Origin: Paramecium tetraurelia
Lineage: Eukaryota
Assembly (NCBI GenBank): GCA_000165425.1
Contig: CT868552.1
Span: forward strand, 186,001 to 250,000
Length of the DNA stretch: 64,000 bases
Direction of reading: 5' to 3'
Shown: positions 54,230-64,000 of the stretch, piece by piece
How positions within the stretch are numbered: position 1 is the first letter of the stretch
Layout of the letters: each line of letters begins with the position of its first letter
Made by a program: the position numbers and the translations under genes
The notes under the pieces: generated by a model
What the model saw: only the letters and a program-made list of their open reading frames with translations
Database searches by the model: none
Told to the model about the DNA's origin: nothing

Positions 54230-54742
54230 ATGGGATTTGAAGATTAGATTCCACCTATTCCAAATAGAGATCAAGAAAAGAGATACATCGCTACAGTTGA
54301 AAAGTCCTTCTATGATCAACCCCTCTATAAATTTTATATGAATGAAGCATTAAGAGAAAGAAAGATGGATTATGCTGATAAATTGAACACATTCAAATAC
54401 GAATGGATTCTCAATTTTGCTGCATCTGGCATGGTATTCAGTTTATTATATGTAAAAACATTATAATATAAATTAGTTTATTCCCGTTTCCTATTTTTAC
54501 AGACAAACAAGTACAGGAGTTCCAACCTATTATCAGTATTTTTAATTTTATATATTAGACCTAAGAACAAGGCAGTATTCAAATAAGGATACTTACAAAA
54601 TCAAAATTGGAGAAGATTCAAGTTATATTCATTCTTAGTTTTTGGATCAGCATTTATTTTTGCTCATACTTATACAGACAGATCACAAATTCATGACGAA
54701 TATTACAACAATGTAGGAGTCATTAAGCCAAAATTTGAATGA
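54230..54742 (+). CDS. Small two-TM protein of unknown function
   Basis: ATG 54230, two small introns, two hydrophobic segments, TGA 54740-54742. Confidence 0.75.
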
Positions 54743-55158
54743 GATAGAATTAAACAAGAATAATAAAATTATTATAATATTATCTAATAGCATTTATATA
54801 GAAATTAATTTCATATTCTTTAATAATATATACTTGTAATTTAGATATTTAAATGATTATTGTATAGGTTTAAAAATACCTGAAACTTTAGTACTCTGAT
54901 CAATCTTTTATATTTTTCATTATTCTTTGGTTTTTCAATATAAAAATAATCAACTTAAACATAAATATTCTACTGAAATTATATAAAGCAGAAGTAAAGA
55001 AGGATAATCACAAATATTTAAATGATTTAACTAAATTTAGTCAAAATTTGGTAATCATATAAGAAACCTACGTTTATATAATATTCTAAATATTAAGATT
55101 ATATATTTTAATATAAATAAATCTCTCATATCAATAATATCAATGAGACCTGGAAGAA

Positions 55159-55741
55159 ATGGATTAAACTGAAAAAATATCATAGATCATAAAGAATTAA
55201 TCTGAATTTATAGCTTGCATTGTAATAAAAGAAAAACATATAAAGTAAAAAAAGCAGATAATGTTGAAGTTAAACAAAAACTCAAAAAGAATAGATGAGT
55301 AAAAAAGAATAAGAGAAATTGTGACTTACAGTACAATTTTCCATAGAAACATTCCAGGATTTATCATTTAAGGTGGAGATCCTACAGGTAATTTAAAAAA
55401 TGGATTTAGTATTTTATGAACAGGTAAAGGGGGGGGAATGTATTTATGGAAAATATTTTGAGGATGAAATTGTTCCAGAAATAATACATGATAGAAGAGA
55501 AATAGTTTCAATGGCAAACGCAGGAAAGGATAGCAACCAATCAAAGTTTTACATTACCTATTCGAAATAAAATCACTTGAATGGTCTCTATACTGCATTT
55601 TATCAAGTAATCTCTGGATGGGAGGCTCTTGATTTGATGGAAAAGGAGACTGGGGATAACAATTACAAACCATTGAATGAGATTAAAACATTTAAGAAAG
55701 CCATACATACGAATCCAATAGCAGAAATCGAATAATTTTGA
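55159..55741 (+). pseudogene. 5'-truncated PPIL3-like cyclophilin fused in frame to an unrelated basic segment
   Basis: TIFHRNIPGFIIQGGDPT, GKGGECIYGKYFEDE, VSMANAGKDSNQSKFYITY, HLNGLYT; canonical N-terminus missing; intron acceptor appears mutated. Confidence 0.65.
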
Positions 55742-55757
55742 ACAAATTTAGATATTA

Positions 55758-58723
55758 TCATTATTGGTAATCTGAAACAGATGGACATTAACATATAAGA
55801 TTTCTATCTCCAAAAGCATTATTAATTCTGCTCACGGTAGGCCATACCTTGCCTCTTTGTAAAACATAAGGCAATGGGAAGGCAGCTTCTTCTCTAGTGT
55901 ATTTATGATTCCAACCACTATTGATCACTTAATCTTATGTATGAGGAGCATTTTTCAATGGATTATCATTCTTATCATATTATCCATTTTTGACCTTCTC
56001 AACTTCTAATTTAATATTCTTCATAGCCTCAATGAATCTATCTAATTCAGACCTAATAATTAATATAGATATATACTTAGATTCACTTTCAGTTGGTTCA
56101 ATCATAAGTGTTCCTGGGACTGGGAAGGACATAGTAGGAGCATGGAATCCATAATCCATAAGTCTTTTTGCAATGTCTTCTTCAGTGATTCCACTTTCTT
56201 ATTTGATAGGTCTGATGTCAATAATGAATTCATGAGCACACATTCCATTTTATCCAGTAAATAGAACTTTGTAATCATTTTTTAAACTCTTCATTAAGTA
56301 GTTGGCATTTAACATAGCCATGGCTGTGCATTTCTTTGCCCCTTGTCTGCCTAGTTGTCCAAAATAACTATAGGGTATTGGGAGAATGGATGCAGAACTA
56401 AATAAAGATGAAGCCACACTTCCTAAGGAATGCTCTCTGCCTGGAAGATATGGTGCCAATTTCTTATTAACAGCAATAGGACCTAATCCAGGACCACCTC
56501 CACCATGTGGGATTGAGAATGTCTTATGAAGATTCAAATGACAAACATCTGCTCCTAAATATCCAGGAGATGTATATCCAACCTAAGCATTCATATTGGC
56601 TCCATCCATATAAACTAAACCTCCATGCTCATGAATTAATTAAATAATCTTCTTTGTTTGATCTTCATAGACTCCATAAGTTGATGGATATGTAATCATA
56701 ATGCATGCCAAAGACTTTTCATTTTCTTTGATTTTCTTATTTAAATCATTCAAATCAACATAACCATCTACCACATTAACTGGTACAACAGTTAATCCAG
56801 CAAGAACAGCTGAAGCAGGATTAGTACCATGAGCAGATATTGGAATTAAACATATGTTTCTATCCTTTTGTCCATTCATGATGTGATATTTTCTGATGCA
56901 TAATAAACCTGAGTATTCCCCTTAAGCACCACTGTTAGGCATTAAGGACACAGCTTCCATTTGTGTAATATCGCATAACCATTTTTCAACATTTTCAGTT
57001 AATTCTTAATAGCCTTAAGTGCAAGACAAAGGGGAAAAGGGATGCAATTGGGAGAATCCTTAAAATGAGACAGGCAACATGAAAGAAGTTGGATTCAATT
57101 TCATTGTACAACTACCTAATGAAATCATAGACTTAGTTAATGAGACATCCTTCTATCTTAAATAGTTGATGTATCTCAACATTTCAGTTTCACTATGTAA
57201 TGAATTGAACACCTTCTATTACATAAAAGATGCTCTTTCAGATTTGTATGGAATCACCTTTTGGATGACTGACATAAAATCTGCTTTTTTCTTTGTGTAA
57301 TGTTGAAGATGATTAAACAAATCCTCAATATCTTAGATTGTGTGAGTCTCATCAAAACTAAAGATAGTGTCTTATCCAACTTTCCTGACATTGACTTATG
57401 CATTATAATGTAAATACTCCTACAAGGTTTCTGTGTTGTGTAACACCACGGTATCAAAGATCCTTCCTTCTTTAACAACTATTCCCAAACTTTTTGCTAA
57501 TTTAGCAAAGCTTCTTGCCAGACAATTGACTCTATTGGCTATCTTTTGTAATCCTTAAGGACCATGGTAAGTTGCATAAAAGCCAGCCATATTAGCCAAT
57601 AATGCTTATGCTGTACAGATATTGGAGGTGGCCTTTTCTCTTCTGATATGTTATTCTCTGGTTTGCAATGACATTCTATAGGCTGATTTTCCATTGGTGT
57701 CTTTGGAAATACCAATAATACGTCCTGGCATTTTTCTTTTGAATTCGTCTTCAACTGCAAAAAAAGCAGCATGTGGTCCACCAAAACCCATAGGTACACC
57801 GAATCTTTATGAATTTCCATATGTAACATTTGCTCCTTAATCTTTGGGTGTTTTATTGATAGTTAAACTCAACAAGTCTGTTCCAATTACTTTTAAGAGT
57901 TTAGCATCTTTGAGGGTGTGCTTGAAAAGATCACTCCAATCATGGACATCTCCTAGATTATCTGGTGATTGAACCAAAACTCCACAATATTGATCGGCAT
58001 CTTTGAAATCATAAGTTTTGGCATCTCCAACAACGATATCAATTCCTAAATAATAAGCTTTAGTCTTGATATAATCGATGCTTTATGGAAATACATGGTT
58101 GTCTACAAAGAATTTCTTCTTCTCAAACCAAGAATTTGCCAAGAACATTGCTTCTCCTGCAGCAGTTGCTTCGTCCAATAATGAGGCATTAGATACATCC
58201 ATACCTGTTAATTCAGTGATTACAGTCTGGTAATTGAGAAGAGCTTCAAGTCTCCCCTGAGAAATCTCAGCTTAATAGGGAGTATAGGATGTATACCATC
58301 CTGGGTCTTCAAGTACATTTCTCAAGATGACATACGGTGTGTGAGTACCATAATAGCCTTGGCCTATGTAGTTTTTGAATAACTTGTTCTTATTGGCTAA
58401 GGATTGGAGATGCTAGACCATAGATGATTCAGGGATGGCATCAGGAAAATTGTCTGGATTTTAAAAGGCTGCCTCACTGCGAATCTCCTTGGGAATAATT
58501 TTGTCCACAAGCTCATCGAGTGTGTTGGCTTCGACTGTTTTCAACATCTCTTTCACTTATTAAGGCTCAGATCCTATAAAGCGTGATTCCTAAATTTAGA
58601 TCAAAACCATACGATGTAGTCACTTGACTTGAACCAGTCAGGGATTTTGGGATTTACTTCGTGGGGATTGGCCAGCCTGCTGAAATTGGCAACACGTTTT
58701 ATTAATCTTATAGATCTAAGCAT
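55758..58723 (-). CDS. GLDC: Glycine dehydrogenase (decarboxylating), glycine cleavage P protein, mitochondrial
   Basis: [77 protein letters not shown]; basic presequence. Confidence 0.98.
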
Positions 58724-58796
58724 TTAATATTAAAAATTATGTAGTGCTCTTGCCTGCATTTATTTATATACATATATATATAGAAAAACTGTTATA

Positions 58797-60412
58797 ATGC
58801 ATTAAAGAGTACTAACTAATGAAAGCCCATATCACAGGTAAATCTACAGAAGACCTCGACTATAATCTCAAGATCCAGGTCGCAGAGTCCTGACAGAAAC
58901 TGATACGAAGACAAACATTTCAAGAAAATTCACCAAATTCGACTTTGATTCTGTGCTAACAATTAGAACAAGTAAGGGAAGCAAGAAGTTTAAGCCACAA
59001 CGCTTTGAAGCTAAACCTATTGTAAAGTATTTTGCAAAGCTAGAAAACTGAAGTCGACTCAGATTTGGAGACCTATCAAAGAATGGTTCTGGCCAAGATG
59101 AAAGAAAAGAATATCCTCCCAAAACAACGTTCTCTAAGCAATGCTACACCATAACAAAAGAGCTAAGATCGTTATGCCTCTTTGGATTCACAAAACAGAA
59201 TTAACAACAAATAAACTCAGAATGTGCATCCTAAGATTTTGTGGGATATGTCAGAAGAGGAATGGCAATAATTTGGCGATCGCTTTCCCCAACACTTTGA
59301 AAAGAAGAAGTTACTTGGAAGAGGCGGATTTTCATTAGTATGGTTGGGAGAACACAAAAGAACCAAAGAAAAGTTTGCAATCAAATAAATCCTTTCTACT
59401 AATACTCACCAATCTCACATGAAGGAAATTTGGTTTGGAATTCATTTCTTCCAAGACGGTCAGCCCAAATAGCAATTTACAAGTTTTCCTGGCTCTAAGA
59501 ATCTAGTACGTTTCCTCACCTATGACATAAAACCTCAAGACACTTGGATATTTTAGGAAATATGTGGAGAAAGTTTGGGCAATCAACTCTATGATCTCAA
59601 AGGAAAAAATATTAATAACGAACGCATGTATAAGGTAGATACACTTCATTTATATTTCAGTTGACTCATAAACCTCTTTACAACACTTTTCGAAAAGATT
59701 TGACTGAACTCAAAAAACTGATAAGAGAACTAGCATAGGCTCTTGATCTCTTGTAAGATCAAAGAATCGTGCATTCCGATCTTAAGACCGAAAACATTCT
59801 AGTTAAGAAAATCAAGAATGAGAACGATCTACATGAACTAACTTAAGTGAAATTGATTGATTATGGCAGTAGTTTTCCATTTGATGATTTAAAATAATTT
59901 TCAATGGCCACACCAGAGTAACTCATATTTCTTATTTTAGATACATGTGTCCAGAAATACTTAACTATATCTTATATGAGAATCAAATGAATTACCGTCC
60001 TTGTTTGATGAAGTATTTAAGAAATTACAAGAAACCTTGGGTGATTGATGTTTGGTCTCTTGGTTGTGTGGTACTTGAGATAATCTCAGGTATTCCCCTC
60101 TGGATGAGTCTTAAAACTATAGTTACCAAAAATGGAAAGGAAGTAATTGATTATGGATTATTTGCTGTTAAGGGTAGAGTTTTTGATAAAATAATTGATC
60201 GTTAAATGGAAGTTATTTAAAATTTAGATAGTTATATTGATAAAAATTATTCTGGTATGATAATAATGTAATAATCAATAGGATTAAAGATTGATAACTA
60301 GACACGATTTATCTTGAAAGAAATGTTAAATTTGGATCCAGAGAAAAGATTATCCCCGAAGCAAATAGTCGAATACTTATCAACAAAAAAAGAACACCTT
60401 ATAACTCAATGA
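58797..60412 (+). CDS. Ser/Thr protein kinase, CMGC/DYRK-like
   Basis: LGRGGFSLVW, FAIK, HSDLKTENIL, LIDYGSS, ATPEYMCPE, DVWSLGC; small introns. Confidence 0.9.
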
Positions 60413-60504
60413 TTTATACTATTAATAATTGAAAAATCCTCATCTCATTGAATTAAATTTGAAAATAATTTTGGATGTCTTGATTAATTTTTTAATTATT
60501 ATTC

Positions 60505-61999
60505 ATGAACTCAGTATCCACTAATATTTCTTTTTCAGATATTCGGGATGTGAAAATCTATTTAAAAATTCATTACAATACTTCATATGGATAAGCAATT
60601 TACTTATGTGGTGACGATGAAAGGTTGGGAATTTGGGATTCAACTAAAGCAATAAGACTCTAATGGAATGAGGTATGGTATTGAAGTTCAAAAAGAATAA
60701 TGAATGGACTGCCTGTCTAAAACTTCCAAGAATTTGTAAGAAATTTGAGTACAAATTCCTCTTAAATGATTATGATAACCCATCTCGAGAAAAAGAATTT
60801 TGGGAACCAGGAGAAAATCGTATAATTACGAAACATTTATTATTGAATGGCAAGAAAGGGGAGTACTTTAATTGTAATAGTTCATTCGATTATTGTAGAG
60901 GAGTATTGGGGTTATAGAACAATCAAATTAAAGCTCAATCACAATTTATAGTTTGGAGAACGGATGATGATTATAGGTTCAATACCAGAAATAGGTTCTT
61001 GGAAAACACCTGTGTTAATGAAATAATAATAGAAGATTGATATACGTATTACTCAATCCATAATTCTGAAATAGTAACATAAGAGCCTATTCAACAATGG
61101 TCCATTTCATTTATTGTAAACCCTCTTAATTTCTATTTCCGATATTATTATGTGATTCGAAACGACGAATCTGGGAATATGATATGGGAAAGAGGGAATG
61201 GACGTTATCTTAAAACTGCTGATCTCTCTTCTCTTCGATAGGTACTCGATCAATATGCACTCCATCCAATTAAAGTCAAAACATAAATCTACACAGCATT
61301 TCAAACAAAGCCATAATACAAGAATGGCTCATTTTCAACTACTAAGATTCCAAAATAAAAGATCAAACCTAATAATTAAGGATATTAATTTGCAGATAAG
61401 GAGCCTTCCTTCTTTTACTATGAAGAATTTGGAAGGTTGAATAAATTGGATTGGAATTTTGTAGTCTAATTTCAAACTTACGAAATAAATGAAAATATAT
61501 TGATTGGTCCTTATCCTCAAAATGAATAAGACATTTTATTATTGAAATAAAAATAAGTGAAGGCAGTCCTCAATTTGTAGACTCGTTTAGACATGTTCCA
61601 TAGAGGAGTTAATTGGGAGTAGATAGTGGATGCATATAAGAGATAGAACATAGTAATGAAGAATTATCAGATCTTTGATATGGATGCAGAAGATTTTGAG
61701 AAGAAATCCAACAAGGCTGTATAGATTCTCAAGAAATTAATCAATGAGCATGAGTACGTGTATGTTCATTGCACTGCTGGGATAGGGAGAGCCCCTTCAA
61801 TTATAGTTTTATATTTAAGTTCGATTCTTTAATATGATTTAAAAGATGCTATCGAATTTGTTAAATAAAAACGATAATAGTTTTATGTCAATTATTGTAA
61901 ATATCAGTTATATTAATAGCTATGCTGAAAAAGTCTTTGCAGAAGACTCTTGTGTTTAATCATGGATTGGGTTACTAGAATTTGGCTTAAACTTTATGA
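60505..61999 (+). CDS. Laforin-like glucan phosphatase: two CBM20 domains + dual-specificity phosphatase
   Basis: CBM20-1 (YLCGDDERLGIWD...FEYKF...WEPGENR); CBM20-2 (IIGSIPEIGSW...WERGNGR); DSP with IGPYPQ, VLNLQT, VYVHCTAGIGRA. Confidence 0.88.
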
Positions 62000-62146
62000 A
62001 GGATGGAATAATAATTTATATATAATTAGTTAAAAATTTATCATTTCCTTTCCAGTCGAATTGAGATGAAAATATTATCTAAGAATTATATTAATATCCC
62101 AAACCATTTATAAATATAAATTTTGTTTGAATTCATTTAATAATTA

Positions 62147-63238
62147 ATGATAGATATGGAAATAATACACGCTTTTTAATGCTTGATCTCATTTCAGCAA
62201 TAAGATCATCACTAACACAAAGCACATTTACAATATACTACCAATAAAATAAATCTAATTTTGAATACTCAGTGTTTTGAAATAGAAATATCCTATAAAT
62301 TAAAATTAAAATGGAAATGCTAAGAGAGCAAATTAACTTCAATTCATTTTCAATAATTCACAATTTAGGCTGAAAATGAAGATCTCCTTAAACTCAAGAA
62401 GCATTTAGATTGTTCAACCACATATATCGGAATAAGAGAAATTTATGATAATGTTATATTAATTTAATAAGCAGACTTTGCTAAAGTAATTGGTAAATTA
62501 CATATTTTAGATATGCTCGCTTAAAAACAAATTGGATGGGAAAAAGTATTTTTGTAAGTGTTATAAAAAAGCAGAAGTTGAGAAGTATAAAATATACGAG
62601 CAATTGGTTATTCAGCGTAAATTAGGTGATTTCAAGAATGTTGCTCAAATAATAGATTTCTATGAATCATCTAATTCCTATTATTTTATTTACGAATAGA
62701 TGAAGAGGATCCATTATCATAGTTTGAGTCATGAAGATATATAATCGATGATGTTTGTATATTCAATTTTATATTAGGATATATTATGTTGTGTTAAAAT
62801 GTTGATAGTGAATCATGTCTTCCATGCCCAAATAAATTTAACTAATATTGTAATGGATAAGGATATGAATTGTAAATTGGTGGGTTTTGAACACGCAGAA
62901 TTATTAAACGAAGAGAGTGCTCTATAAAACTCATTGATGTTGACAATGGTAGGACATTTGATGGTCAAATTGTATTAATTAATCACTTAATTAGATATCA
63001 ATACAATTCCATTAACAAAGAGTAGATATCCATTCCTGATTATGGTAATTCCCTTGTGTAAGGATTGTTGCAGACTGATTTGGATCAATAAATCAATATT
63101 GAACAAGCCTTGAGTCATGAATACTTTGAATATTTCGATTACAATTCTAGTCCCATGATGCAAAAGTAGATTGTACCAAAATTGAAGTCATTCATCACCT
63201 AATAGTCTCTTTCATCGCCCATAGAGACCAACATCTGA
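62147..63238 (+). CDS. Pseudokinase (degenerate kinase fold)
   Basis: Kinase-like architecture, but HRD..N region reads FHAQINLTNI and DFG reads VGFE; ends INIEQALSHEYF; several introns. Confidence 0.65.
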
Positions 63239-63276
63239 TTTTTATATTTTACTTTTATAATTTAATCTTACTCAAA

Positions 63277-63654
63277 ATGGAATTGAATAATAAGATTTAC
63301 CCAACTGTTTCTAACCCAGATCTTATGATGGTTCTTTAACACTTGATTACCTCCTTAACAAAGAAGAAGGAATGGAGAATATGTACCTACCATTCTTGTA
63401 TAACCAAACAGAAGTTCGAATTGAAAATAAGATAGGATACTGCTAGATCTAGAAATAAGAGTGGCGATAAATAACAATAAGATTTTAATCAATATCCAAA
63501 TAAATAGAATGACTAAAATTAATAGATTTATAGATAAAATGATTAAAATTAATATGGGTTCAAATTAAACGATTCAAATCAATATCAACAACCAAATATG
63601 TCAAAAATACCTCCTAATTAATAATTTGGAAATTATTCCTAACTCTTATATTGA
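63277..63654 (+). CDS. Short Q/N-rich hypothetical ORF (may be a relic)
   Basis: ATG 63277 to TGA 63652-63654, open in ciliate code; no recognisable domain. Confidence 0.35.
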
Positions 63655-63777
63655 CCAATCTAATCCTGTGTACTCAAAACCTCAATTATATATAACTGTG
63701 GTTAAGGGATATTTAACTACCTTACTACAATTATTTATATGTTATATTTTAAATATTTATAAGTAAAATCATAATGC

Positions 63778-64000
63778 TCAAATAAATTAGTGTAGCAAAA
63801 AGAGTAAAGAGGATAGTTGTTATGAACTATATTTAAACAATGTCTAATTTTATTTTTATTCTGAAGTCGAATAGATATGTTTCTTTGAATTTCTTATTCT
63901 AATTGAGTAATTTTTGTATGCATCTTCACAAGCTTAGTAATTTTACTCTATATCTTGAGATTTGAAATGGTAAGTTAAGTATGCATTGTCTCTTGATAAA
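63778..64000 (-). CDS. Possible 3' end of a gene extending beyond the window
   Basis: One minus-strand frame open from the window edge to TGA at 63778-63780. Confidence 0.3.

Noticed and set aside
57254..57829. Extra minus-strand ORFs within the glycine decarboxylase gene
   Set aside because: Shadow frames of a biased coding sequence with no independent motifs
1..64000. Short ORFs in the supplied track suggest fragmentary or non-coding DNA
   Set aside because: Artefact of the standard code; TAA/TAG encode Gln here and tiny introns split the exons
1..64000. Telomeric repeats, transposons, retained IESs, tRNA/rRNA genes
   Set aside because: No tandem G4T2/G3T3 tracts, transposase motifs or recognisable RNA genes seen by eye; short IESs cannot be identified without the germline sequence

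Overview
AT-rich, gene-dense ciliate macronuclear DNA, very probably Paramecium. TAA/TAG read as Gln, TGA is the only stop, introns are 20-35 nt GT..AG, and some intergenic spacers are only 12-35 nt. The supplied standard-code ORF track is therefore largely uninformative, and genes were translated by hand with the ciliate code. About 30 loci were found. They include SSRP1/Pob3, SF3B5, NTF2, glycine decarboxylase P, CK1, two other kinases and a pseudokinase, a hybrid histidine kinase, a MORN protein, a tandem-CBM20 glucan phosphatase, a SAM + cyclin-Y-like protein, an F-BAR protein, a giant coiled-coil protein with a GRIP-like end, and several surface/membrane proteins. Three loci look like decaying pseudogenes: calcyphosin-like, SAC phosphatase and cyclophilin. 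The most striking observation is an intronless ~2,320-codon Cys-rich surface/multi-TM gene (6951-13922) with three in-frame TGA codons clustered in 282 nt and no other lesion. Next is an intact DHODH-like gene that has lost most substrate-binding motifs. All family assignments come from motif recognition by eye, not from database searches. Start codons and intron boundaries are best estimates.
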